DNA from: Takakia lepidozioides
Taxonomy: Eukaryota > Plantae > Bryophyta
DNA: 64,000 bases
NCBI GenBank assembly: GCA_030704615.1
Contig: CM060732.1
Coordinates: 75,330,001-75,394,000, forward strand
Direction of reading: 5' to 3'
Part shown: positions 42,462 to 54,073 of the stretch, piece after piece
Layout: each line of letters starts with the position of its first letter
Position numbering within the stretch: the first letter of the stretch is position 1
Position numbers and translations under genes: made by a program
The notes under the pieces: model-generated
What the model was told of the DNA's origin: nothing
Database searches by the model: none
What the model saw: the letters and a program-made list of their open reading frames with translations, nothing else

Positions 42462-43236
42462 GCCTCTCATTTTAAGATAATAGGGTCTTGCGATGTGGCC
42501 GGTGGGCCCCGCGCACGGACACCCGGCTCCCCAGCACCCAGCCCGCCGCTGCGCGCAGTCGCCCAACCGCGGGCGCGGCTGCAGCAACCGCGCCCGCGCC
42601 CCCGTCCGCCGCGCGGCCAGTCCCCCGCCCATGAGTCCACTGCCCTCTAGTCTGTCAGTCCGCTGCTGGCCAGTCTGCTGCCCAGCAGTCTGTCAGTCCG
42701 CCAGTTTGCCCGCCAGTCCGCTGGCCAGTCCCCTGCCATCCAGTCCGCTGACGGCGCAGGATCGCCACCGTCCATTCCCATAACCCATCCGAGCCCTCCA
42801 TTTTTAGGGCTGCAATTCAAACCTTTATCCCTGCCACCTGCCACTTGCCAGCAGCCGCGAACGTGCGCATTGTTCTCCTGGCACGTTGTCGATCGTGTCC
42901 TGTACTGCGGCGCGTTTCTTGCATGTTCAGAAGCGTGTCATTTGTACTGTATAGGGCATGGACGTGGAAGCAAAACCCGATGATATACTGATCACGGAAA
43001 GCCCGCTTATACGGCCTCTTCGACAATGTTTGCAAACAGCAAAACCAGGACCCTTCAACAGGAAGGATCTCCATTGGAAGAGTGAGACGCAATATGGGTT
43101 TATGGGTGTGCGAGTGAATGTTGAATAGGCTTGCATACCTTGGGATAGAGTTGGTGACTTTGTCCTGGGAGAGGAGAGTTTGGAGGACTTCCCCACTCAG
43201 TTTTGGGTGAATGTCCATTCTAAAGTGGAACCCGGC
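42462..43236 (+). mobile_element. End of a Mutator-like element: GC-rich TIR plus transposase N-terminal remnant
   Basis: TIR GCCTCTCATTTTAAGATAATAGGG... (second copy at 43557). ORF from 42958 with an internal TAG: KDLHW...ACIPWDRVGDFVLGEE...FPTQF, resembling the N-terminus of plant SWIM/MULE-type proteins. Confidence 0.55.
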
Positions 43237-43556
43237 ATAGATTGTTGGATAACCTCATTGGCCATAATCTCTCTTCAGAAATTCGTTTTGCGCCCCTTCT
43301 GGCATCCTTAAAGAAGAGGCTTACCTTCTGGTGTCCTTCGCAGTTCTCTCTTACAGGTGAGGCTCTAGTTGTGAACTATGTACTCTCTAATTCATTTTGC
43401 AATTGGTTCATAACTTTGGTATGGGATCTTGGGACCTCGCTCCTTTCTAGGATTAAAGCTCTCATATTCCGCAACTTAATCTGAGGGGCTAAGGACGCCA
43501 CAATGTCAAAACGGGCCCTCGGTTTGTGGGAACAACTCTGCCGTAAAAAAAAGGAG
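43237..43556 (+). mobile_element. L1-type LINE ORF2 fragment (post-RT region)
   Basis: LKKRLTFW...FSLTGEALVVNYVL...IKALIFRNLI...WEQLCRKKKE follows the L1 pattern LS..GR..L...VL / W..LC.PK.EGG. Confidence 0.65.
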
Positions 43557-43717
43557 GCCTCTCATTTTAAGATAATAGGGTCTTCAATGGGCACGTGTGA
43601 TGTGGCCGGTGGGCCCCGCGCACTGACGCCCGGCTCCCCAGCACCCCGCCCGCCCCGCCCCGCCCGCGCCCCCATCCGCCGCGGGGCCAGTCCCCCGCCC
43701 ATGAGTCCGCTGCCCTC
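43557..43717 (+). repeat. Second copy of the GC-rich Mutator-like TIR
   Basis: Aligns with 42462-42648 and is preceded by the 9-mer AAAAAGGAG. Confidence 0.7.
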
Positions 43718-43899
43718 CATGATACAAACACTCCAGTGCCCCCTGCAATGGTATCAAACAACATGGCGTCATTGCACAATCATGATGGGCAGACTCAGCA
43801 GACTGACACTCAGCAGACTCAATCTTCAAACTCAGTCCACTGCACAAATACAGAGGTCAACTTAATCGCTCAGAGTCAAGACGACACTGCGAAACCAGA

Positions 43900-45050
43900 C
43901 TATGACTCAGGAGAAAGTCTCAGCTGTGCATATTCTGCAATCATCGCCCTGCACGACACCACATCTTCTTCAGCCATACTGTCGAAAACTCCCTTTGCAT
44001 CCTCGATGCACTCACATTTGACATACATGTCCAGTAGGGCAGTGTTCAGAATGACATTGGGTACAATTCCAGATGTGACGATGTCACCATGGACCACTTT
44101 GCACCTTTCCAGAACTGTCAGGCTTGCACACACATTGCAAATGCAAACAAACGTTATGCGGTCGGGCTTCACCCCTTCCCCCATCATTTGCTCATAGGTC
44201 TCCGAAGCCTCCATCCCGCCCCTTGCTGTGCATATCCTGCAATCATCGCCCTCCACGACATCACATTTCTTTCAGCCATACTGTCAGAAACTCCCTTTGC
44301 ATCCTCGATGCACTCACATTTGACATACATGTCCAGATGGGCTGTATTCAGGATGACATCTGGTACAAATCAGCTTTGACGATGTCACCATGGACCTCAT
44401 TGCACCTTTCCAGGGCTGCCAGGCTTGCACACGCATTGCAAATGCAAACAAACGTCAACAAGCTTCTCCTCATCTATGTTATCTGTTTTTGGATACTTTC
44501 CTGCTGCCACATCGGCAGTAACTTGTCAAAGTCAGTCCTAACCACCACAGATACACCCAACGAGCTAACTTACAGAATTTAATATGCATCTCAAATTCCC
44601 TTGCTCAGTTTCTCACCAAACACTGTATGATAAGTGGCATGTTAGCAAGAGCAGTTTCCAGGACGATATTTGGCTCAATTCTGGTTTTGATAATACCAGC
44701 ATGGATCTTTTTGCCCTTTTCGAGGTCTGCCAGGCTGCCACATGCATTGAGAACGGAAGTGAATGTGACTTTGTCCGGTACCCACCCTTCCCATATCATT
44801 TGCTCATAGGTCTCCTTGCTGAGCATATCCTGCAGCAATCATCGCACAATGAAACCACATCTCGTCCAGCCATATTGTCGAAAACTCGACGGGCCTCCTT
44901 CATGCTCCCGCACTTGGCCCGCATGGCAGAAAGGGCAGTCTCTAGAATGACATTTGGTGCAATTCCAGCTTTCAAAATGTCAGCTTGGACCTGTTTTCCC
45001 TTTTCCAGGGCACCTATGCTGGCACATGCTTTGAGAGTAGAATGAACGTG
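43900..45050 (-). pseudogene. Degenerate PLS-PPR repeat fragments
   Basis: GVKPDRITFVCICNVCASL, LLDMYVKCECIEDAKGVFD, RAKCGSMKEARRVFDNM, broken by frameshifts. Confidence 0.8.
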
Positions 45051-45521
45051 ACCTTGGAGGGCACGGCCTGCTAAGACCAAGCTTACTCTCCCTGCTTAAG
45101 TGCATCAAGATGGAAGGTCTGGAAGCCGTTGAGCCATCGTCATCATTTCAAAACATTTCACCCTGTTTTTCCCTCTTATCACAATCGGCCCTAAATTTTC
45201 ATGTTGAATTCTGCAAGTTAGCTGGTTGAGTGAACTGTTGATAGTTTGGAGTGACTTTGACATGATACTGCCAATGTGACAACAGGGAAGTATCTAGAAA
45301 CAGGTAACAGAGATGAGGAGAGGCTGTGGAATGAATAATTTTCTGACCCCAGTCAATGGTGGGACAATGGAGGCAAAATGTGAATGCCTGTTGAATTACA
45401 GAGGGTAGCAGATGCAATTGAGGATAGGAACTAGAGTGATAAGTTGAGTTGGGTGATAGCAGCAAGGCAAGGATGTATGTATGATTTGTGCAGAGGCATG
45501 GATAGCTAAGGAGCAGGGATA

Positions 45522-46232
45522 GTGTGTGGGTGGACAATAAACCTACATGGGTAGATGGTCAACTAAAGGCAGCAGTTGCAGCGGCACAGTTGATAGAATC
45601 AGGCACCTCAACCATGACCACAACTTCTGAAAGAGGATCAAGAGAGGGAGTCCACAATGCCTCTTCTGGCACTTCTGGGCATGTGAAGATACTTTGTGCG
45701 GCAGGCAGCCCGACAGAGGCTCTACAGACTTCAAACCAAGGAGGCATTTCAGCAGATTCAGATACGTATGTCTGTCTCTTGCTTAAGTGCATGAAGATGG
45801 AAGGTCTGGAAGCTGGAAAGCAGGTGCACACTCACATTATCCAAAATGGATTCACAACAAATGTTTTTCTACTCAACACCCTTGTCCAGCCTGCAAATCT
45901 TAGTTCAATTGCTGCCTGCTCAGCTGCACCATGGTGGTTCTTACATACCAATCCGACATTACCTGACTACAGACAAAGCAGCACACACAAGAGGTCCTTT
46001 TGGGTTGATGGTCGGCCAAATCCTCGATGGGTCATGACACAAGGTCAAGGACAATGTGGTGAGGGCACATTCTTCGACCTATTTCAGCCTGTATTGCCCT
46101 CTCATCAGACTCAGCCCTGAGATGCATATTGAATTCTTTCTGTTAGTTGTATCTGAATCTGCTGAAATGCCTCCTTGGTTTAAAGTCTGTAGAGGCTTTG
46201 TCAGACTGCCTGCCGCACAAAGCATCTTCATG
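45522..46232 (+). pseudogene. Scrambled paralogous fragments of the PDF-PPR gene (linker + first PPR, a PDF half-exon, an inverted duplicate)
   Basis: 45522-45885 is homologous to 38755-39110 (WVD..P.WVDG.L.AA..QLI.SG...GKQVH.HIIQ.GF). 45945-46060 is a TNPTLPDYR...WVDG...PRWV PDF half. 46147-46232 is an inverted copy of ~45683-45765. Confidence 0.7.
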
Positions 46233-46510
46233 CCCAGAAGTGCTATTCTCTACGATCCTAACGACTTCAAGCCCAACAGGGAACAAACCCTACAAAAATG
46301 CCACGGGCTTCCATTACCTGACCCTTCACTTTCAGATTAATGTGACCTCCCCCCCTCTGCCTACCGTACAAAGCATCTTCACATGCCCAGAAGTGCCATT
46401 CTCTACGATCCTAACGACTTCAAGCCCAACAGGGAACAAACCCTACAAAAATGCCACGGGCTTCCATTACCTGACCCTTCACTTTCAGATTAATGTGACC
46501 TCCCCCCCTC
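46207..46510. repeat. ~152-bp tandem duplication spanning the PPR/SUMO junction
   Basis: Two near-identical units, 46207-46357 and 46358-46510. Confidence 0.85.
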
Positions 46511-46579
46511 CAAAGGCTTCTTCTCCTCCTCGTTGTGAATTTCTCCTGCATTGTTGGTGCTATCCTCCACACCAGCCAT
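46471..46579 (-). pseudogene. SUMO: Orphan SUMO exon 1
   Basis: MAGVEDSTNNAGEIHNEEEKKPLEG[+1 G]GHINLKVKGQ|GT matches plant SUMO1/2 exon 1. No downstream DGNEVFF exon was seen. Confidence 0.75.
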
Positions 46580-47209
46580 GATTCCAGCAACCACACCTAG
46601 CGCACAAAGGCAGACGCGCACAGAGACACGCAAACACAAACGAAGACAGCGAGCAAGAAAGAAGCCGCAGCGCGCGCGCGCGAGTGCCAAGTTCGGGCAG
46701 TTCGGGCAGACTTGACAAAATTTGACGACGAAACGTGGCGATGAAAACGTGGCACTTTGGCACCCTATTCCTGCTCTACGCTAAACTAGCTTCCAACCTT
46801 CGGTCGTCGCTAGGACTAGGGCTTCGCGTTGCTCCGCACTACTAGCGACGAATTCTGAGAACTACGTTCAATTTTTCACCAAAAAAGGGTGGGTCATCCC
46901 CACGGTGTTACATGCATAGATCCCGTGTTTTGTTTTTTCCTAGAAGAAAAATGGCGGATCTGCATTTCAATGTTCAATTTTCACAAGCCGCATCAACCAA
47001 TAACAACATACCCAAATACCCTTACATTCACTGTATGAACTTTCAAGCATCCACCATGGGATTGGATCTTGGTGGGTTAAGGCTAGCTTTTGACAATATT
47101 CATGCAAGTTTGTCAAGGGCTCCATCCAAAGCCACTCCACAAGAAACAAACAAACATGTCTAAATTTAAGATGTTGAACAAACTTGTGCACAGGGCTGCC
47201 CCTCTCATC

Positions 47210-47846
47210 AAGCCAATGACCATGCCAAAGACAACTGCCAAATCTTTCCATTTGCTTCGGTTGGTATCGATCTGATAGAGTTTCTGCACTACGTATTCTC
47301 CTGAGATGGGGGGACCAATGGACGCGCCTTTCAGGATGAAGTTCTTGAAGGTTAGACCCAGAAAATCATTTTGATACATACCTTGTCAATCAACAACCAC
47401 AATCATCAGTCCCTGAGTACTGACTTACCAATCAAGCTGCATATTTTTAGTACAACAGGACCCAGTGTGATGGTTGTGCACCTTTCGGACACTCAAAGCC
47501 AACGGTCAGACAGTTGTTCTCAAGCCAAAAGGAAATTCTCCTCAAGTATAATATGTTAACAAGGGCGCATGCTTGAAGTGAACAAACTGTAACCAAATTT
47601 CAATTCATGCTGACAAAAACTCTACCTAAGATCCAGATTTTCCTTGTAAATAAAGATAGCCCTTAATAAGTAAAGACGAGAAATAGCTATTGCCCAACAA
47701 GTGCACAAGTTGAGCTTGGAAAGTTGGCCGTACATACCTGAAGAGCATACATATGGAAGCCTATGTAAGACATACGGTAGCGCCAGACGGCCTTAGGCAG
47801 ATCTTTGGGGAGTCGGAAAAAATCCCGCCACCAGCATATATATACC
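47210..47846 (-). pseudogene. 3' exons of an ABCG11-like half transporter, truncated by the transposon
   Basis: Exon 47846-47738 GIYMLVAGF[fs]FRLPKDLPKAVWRYRMSYIGFHMYALQ. Exon from 47382 GMYQNDFLGLTF...ISGEYVVQKLYQIDTNRSKWKDL, with its acceptor mutated to AA. Confidence 0.8.
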
Positions 47847-47852
47847 CTGGGC

Positions 47853-47965
47853 GAGGTTTACTATTTCATGAGCAGAAACCATGAGCCATGAGCCATGAGC
47901 CATGAGCCGCATGAGCCGCATGAGCGATGAGCCGAAGTCTAAGATACGCGGATTTCATGAGCGGA
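47853..47965 (+). repeat. Left TIR with tandem CATGAGC subrepeats
   Basis: ctatttcatgagc...(catgagc)n...catgagcgga; inverted relative to 62812-62893. Confidence 0.8.
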
Positions 47966-48710
47966 CTCCTCCAAATTTGGAAATGCGGCAGATTAAACAA
48001 GTATTAAAATAATAGTTTTTTATTTGACCTTGCCGTTTTTGGACGTTCCAGATCATGTAATGCGGCGAAGATATGTCGTCAGTAACAAGTCCGCTCATGG
48101 TTTTTTAGATCCGCTCATGGAAATAAGTGACCGTGCAACGGGAAATCCAGTATACCACTGCAAAAGGACGTCGCATACTGGCCTGTATAGAGTATTCCGC
48201 GGTTTTACATGCCTTAACATTGGAATGAACCTGACCCTTTTGCCGCGATTGAACCAATGGAGTCTGCACCAATAGAGTCTGCAGTACTTCACAATTCTGT
48301 CTTCTTCGGGTATTCGGCGGGAAAGGTTTGCAACTGAACTGGAAAATAAGGTGCCGCATTAGGGTTGGCACGTGCGAAATTTCGGAGCGGTTTGGTGTTG
48401 GCGAAGGCCGCCTCTACCAGTACCTACGACGATACTTGGAAATGCGGCGCCGCATTTCCTTGTCGGAGGTCGAATGAGGAAAGCAAGTTTTCGGAAAGCA
48501 GAAAAACATGAACCCTCCAACATACAAAAATACATGCACGTGGAAACAAGTGAACGATATAGTAATATCTTAGTTCGAGCAAAACAGGTTACTGGTAGGC
48601 AAGACATATGTCGGACCTTTCTGTGGCCAGAGTCTGAGGTACTGGCAGCAGTACAGTTCTACTATCCGAAAAGGATGGGCGTACCATTGTATTGGGACCG
48701 CAAGCCAAGC

Positions 48711-51700
48711 TCACTGGTCCCCTGGATCCATATTCAGAAGAGTGTAAACCTCCTGGGGGCTCAACCCTGGTGCATGTATGAAGTGATGAGTTGTGGAATT
48801 ACAACGGAGTCTCTTTAGGTACACATAGTACAAATGCTTGCAAGGGCAGTATGATGCCCCCTTGTTCGCCATGATCTGGAAGTCGGTGCAATTGCAGGTG
48901 GGTAATTTTGAAATGGTGATGGTGTATACCTCATTGCGAACAGCTGAGCCTGTCGTGGCCATCTGATACACACGCCCGAATCCTGGTGGGGGCACTTCTG
49001 TCGAGCTCTGGATTGTACAGTTCATCCGAAGTGCATTCCCCATCCTTGTCTCGTTCACTTTTGAGGGAGGTCACCGCCTCTTCGATTTCCCCCAACGGTG
49101 TGTAGGATGCTTAGAGCTGTCGTGTCCCATTGTTCTTGCTCTCACAGGGGTCGGTGGTGGAGGCTGTGGAAGCGGAAATGGTTGTCTGGGGACGTCAGTG
49201 CGCTGCACCATCCGAAATCCTGCGGCGGTAAGGGCGTCGGCCTCAACCTGACTCAGATCGCAGCCTGGTTCCACCGGCCACACCGGGGGAGCCTCTGGCA
49301 TTGTTTGTATGCCGTACTTGGGCTTTCCATACACGCAAGTCATAATGTCGTGCCTGCAGAACCAGAACTGGGTGGTTGTCGCCTCCGCAAACTTTGCATG
49401 GACAAATCTTCCTGTAAAAGTAGGAGCAGGGACAGCCCCATCTGGATTCCTCCTTATCATCTCTAAACAACGTTGCCGTGTATCCACACGAATTGCGGAA
49501 CACCTTCCTCGAAACGACGGCTTTGTGCGAGCAATTCTCCACTGTGATGCAGACACAGTCGTCTCCACAATGGCTTGGCCATACTGCATAACAGCGGGCG
49601 GAATCTGGGGCAAGGGAGCGGTGGGAATTTCTCGCACGAAATCCCCGGTTGAAGGCGACGGCGATCTGGAATTTCTTGGGCTTCCACTGCTGGAAGACAC
49701 ATTGTGCGGCAACATGACGGGACCTCGAGGTGTTGTCCGAATGTTCCTGTCGGATCTCCAAGAATCCTCTTCGTACCCGGGTTCCTCTTCAATCCTCCGC
49801 CTCACAGGGCGAGTCCGGACGTCCCCCTCTAGGTGTTCACCTCTGCGGTGCAAAGGCGTCCCTTTGATCTTCTCTCGCAATGCTGTCGCCCATTTCAGTG
49901 GATTCTTGGACCTCGAAGCTGTTCGTACCAACAATTCCTCCCTGTCCGGCCCAAAGCCCCATTGTTTGCCGCTCAGGAACTTGTAGTACGTGGCTTGCTG
50001 CATGATTGCTCTGTCGATGTCCTCCGTTGTGGCCGTCACTACGTCCACCAGATGTGCGGCAGAAGACGCTCGCCAGGAGGAGTGGACCGATTCTGCCATA
50101 TTCGTGTTCGGCATGTCCGTGTCGGAATCCAAGCACCGCTCCTAGAAGGACACAAAGAATGGTGAGGGACCAATCGAAATGTCCGTAACAGAAAGACAAA
50201 TGAATGAAAATGACAGCAGCCTACCTCCCGCATGTACTGTCCGAACTGTCGATACCGAAAATGCCACCACCCCAACCAGCTATGCAATGCTCTCAGATTG
50301 GTTGTCTCCAGTGCACCTGACGTGTTCCACCAAGCCTCGATGATAACAAACTTAACCTCCGCGTCATCAAATGTGGGTGCATCCTTCCACGCCGTACAAA
50401 GGACACGGTGTTCAGCCTGGAATGAGCTAGCAACAAATTTGGAGTGTAGTGAGATAGACTCTGCATCCAATGGAATCCACAGGATCTCTCTTTCCCCTCC
50501 ATTGGAACATTGGGGTCCTCACCGCACACACGCCGCACCGCTGCCCAGTTGGCCTGAGCGTTGTCTGCCATGAATCCCCTGAAATTGGGCTCTGGCAATC
50601 CCGCCCTTGCCATCTGCTCGTTTATGCCCTCCCACAGATGCATCTCGGACTGTGTGTCCTCCCCTTTCATCTCGCAGATTGCAATCGTCATGAGCCTCTT
50701 GGAGTGATAGTCATAAACATGCGCACCAATAGTCACCCACTGATGGTTTGTAATTCGCTTGATGTGATCAAACATCACCCAAGCATTCGACAAGTTTCCA
50801 GTTGTCATGCGAGTGACCAAGTCGACTCCACTCCCAGGCCCACACGTCGACATTTTGAAAATGTAACAACGATCGGATTCGCTGCCTTGCCCTGGAAACC
50901 TGCTACCTTGGATGTAGTCATATCCAGTCATTCGTTTCACCTCCAAGATTGAGTACATGTCCGACCCCCTGCCAAACTCCTGCTTGCAAGATACGATGTG
51001 ATTCCGCACATTCGGACTACAAACGTGCGAGACGGACTCCAAGAGGTCACGCATCTCGTCTTCGGTCAAGGGCTCTCGGTCGGAACCATCTTCAGACATG
51101 ATTTTGCCAAGAGCAATCTTGTGGGCTGCCTTCAGCTGAATCTGCTTTGGTCTGGCTCCGGGGCTCAATTTCACCTCCTCTTTTATGATGTCGTGTGCTT
51201 CCTACACAGCCTCACGCATGTTGCCTCTCGCCAAGGGGTGGCAGTGGACCCCAACGTGCATGCAAGCTCTAGTCAAGTCTGGGAGCAAATGGATTACGTA
51301 ATATTGCTTGGCTCTGCACATGGACATGCACGTCGGTGGTTCTTTGCAATGTGCACACTTGAAAGAACCCGCAGGAGCTTGGCTGGAGACAATGAATGGA
51401 TGATGCGTTGTGCCAGTCCAATCCGTCTCGTTTCTCTGGCCTTCTTTGGAGAGAAAGTGGAAGCAGGTGGGATTGAGGCACCTCAGCTTCCCCGCACAGA
51501 GGACATATCGTACACGAACACCATCAGCAATTTTCGTGCTACTGGTCTTCGTCACACACCAGGGGTGTCCGTCATGCTTTCGATCCATGTCTGTTAACAT
51601 CCCGGAGGCTTTGTTTGACGAAGAAACAGGTGGAAACTCGAAGATGACATTGCCATCGACTTCGGGAGGCAAAAACGTTACCTTTCTGACTGGGAATTTG

Positions 51701-52317
51701 GCATAGTCGAGAGCAGCCAGCTCGGAGCGAGAACCATCGAGGTGATGTTGTCGTAGGAGCTGCACAATGGACCGGGTTGGAGTTATGCTCGAGGGCACAT
51801 GCGTAGCACCTACAGAGACGTCCATGCCGGATTTGAACGACCGTGTGGAGGACATGGGTACCTCAATGCAATCATCTTCCTCCTCAGAAATGTCGAATAC
51901 GTCCACACGAGAAGCTATGGAGGGTCTTGACGGTCCAGGTCGGGAATGATTATCGTTGCATACCTCTCTGTTGGCAGTGGCCGCCTGTCGGTTTCCGGAC
52001 TCCTTTGTGGATGGTGTGGGCAGCGACTGATTCGGAAAGGGAATGGGCATTCCCACAGCTCGGTACATGATGGTGTCTGATGGGGGTACGTGCCATTCAA
52101 TTCCGCAACCTCCGTCGTTACCTAGCACGACAATGGTCTCGTCAACCTGTCCAGGAACATCCTTCATTTCTTCTTCCAAATAAACTGTGCCCGGTTTGAG
52201 CTTGAATTTGGAACAAAGGTAAGTTTCAGTCACTCTGCAAAGTCCTCCCTCGTTTGGGATCCAGGCTCTCCCAAGTTGCGGAGGACAGCAAACTATAGCG
52301 TAGGAATTCGGAGCCAT
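48711..52317 (-). pseudogene. MULE transposase: GCM-like Zn domain, DDE core, C-terminal SWIM finger; disrupted
   Basis: GHPW..T...C.G...C....C...C..C...C...HVGVHCHP; VMFDHIKR; FMADNAQA; CGFHWMQS; PNTNMAESVH; SWIM CNC.DF...CKH. Intron 50224-50142, in-frame TAG at 51202, TGA at 49071, frameshift at ~50450. Confidence 0.85.
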
Positions 52318-52699
52318 CGAACACCGCACGAAGTTGGCAAGTGCGAGGTTCAGTATAGCGACAGACCAAGGCTCACAGGCACCATGCGGAGTCCATCGAC
52401 AATTGGAAGTCGCACATTGAAGTGGAAAGTATTGTTTCAAGCTACATGCATGAAGGTGGGAGGTGTGATTCCATAGCCAGTAAGTATGACAATGATGGCC
52501 GATTCGGCGACGAAATAACATCTCCTGACAGTTTCTCCTGAGGGTGGATCCAGTAGTATTCTCGGTGCAGACAGGAACGTTCGCACTGACAAGTGCCAGT
52601 ACTGTTAGTTAAAACGGTCAGACAACCAAGTTGTGCTCATCAAGACTAGCCGCAATTGTGTTGTTTCGGAACAATGCAACCCATTCAGGTTCAGCATGC

Positions 52700-54073
52700 G
52701 GAAATGAGGTTCCAGATTTCCCGTCCCGAGTGATTCTTTCGATTGCTGCTGGACGGAAATACGGCGCCACATTTCCGTATTGCATCTTGGTCATGCACCA
52801 GAGCGACGGAAATGTGGCACCGAGTTTCCGTCCGGGGGAAACCTTTATACTCTCCAGAACGGAAATGCGGTAACGCATTTCCATCCAGCAAGCACGGTAG
52901 GTGAAGGTGGTACGGAAATGCGGTACCGCATTTCCGTGTTCAGTACCGCATTTCCGTTCTGATTGAGAATTATGAACAACGGGAACAGAAATGCGGCACC
53001 ACATTTCCGTCACAGTCGCACCTTCCGACATACCAGAACAGAAATACGGCGCAACATTTCCGTTTTATATCTGACGCATGGAGCTGAGGGATAGAAATGT
53101 TGCACCACATTTCCGTCCTCACAAGACATTCATACTCTCCAGAACGGAGATGCGGTAACGCATTTCCATCCAACAAGCACGGTATGTGAAGGTGGAACGG
53201 AAATGCGGTACCGCATTTCCGTTCTGATTGAGAATTATGAACAACGGGAACAGAAATGCGGCACCGCATTTCCGTCCGAGTCGCACTTTCCGACATTCCA
53301 GAACGGAAATGCGGCGCCGCATTTCCATTTTGTATCTGATGCATGGAGCCGAGTGCAATTCCGACCGCTGGAGACAGCGCAATTCCGACCGCTTGAGACA
53401 TTCATACTATCCAGAACGGAAATGCGGTACCGCATTTCCGTTCTGACTGAAAATCGTGAACCATCGGAACTGAAATGCGGCAGCGCATTTCCATCCGAGT
53501 CGCACCTCCCAACATTCCAGAACGCAAATGCGGCACCGCATTTCCGTTCTGATGAAAAATCGTGAAACATCGGAACTGAAATGCGGTACCGCATTTCCGT
53601 CGGAGTCGCACCTTCCGACATTCCAAAACGGAAATGCGGCGCCGCATTTCCGTTTTGTATGTGAGGCATGGAGCTGTGGAACGAAAATGCGGCACCACAT
53701 TTCCGCCAGGGTCAGACCTTAATACTCTACAGAACGGAAATGCGGTACCGCATTTCCGTTCAGACTGAAAATCGTGAACAACGGGAACAGAAATGCGGCA
53801 CCGCATTTCCGTCCGAGTCGCACCTTCCGACATTCTAGAACGGAAATGCGGCACCGCATTTCCCTTTTGTATCTCATACATGGAGCTGTGGGACGAAAAT
53901 GCGGCACCGTATTTCCGTTCAACAACTAAGGTATGTGAAGGTGGAACGGAAATGCGGTGCCGCATTTTCTTCCAACAAGTACGGATGTGTAGTTTCGTGA
54001 TGGTACTTAACGGAAATGCGGCGCCGCATTCGCATTTTCACTCCAACTCATCAGACGTTGGGACGGAAATGCC
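52700..54073. repeat. Array 1: 24 copies of the palindrome GGAAATGCGG-NN-CCGCATTTCC with a 53-bp period
   Basis: Copies start at 52700, 52755, 52808, 52861, 52914, 52987, 53040, 53093, 53146, 53199, 53252, 53305, 53418, 53471, 53524, 53577, 53630, 53683, 53736, 53789, 53842, 53895, 53948, 54012. Spacers are 31 bp and fall into five recurring classes. Confidence 0.95.

Noticed and set aside
52700-54073. CRISPR array
   Set aside because: It has the geometry of palindromic repeats with fixed-length spacers, but the spacers recur in five related classes, the repeats are degenerate, no cas genes are present and the context is a eukaryotic transposon.
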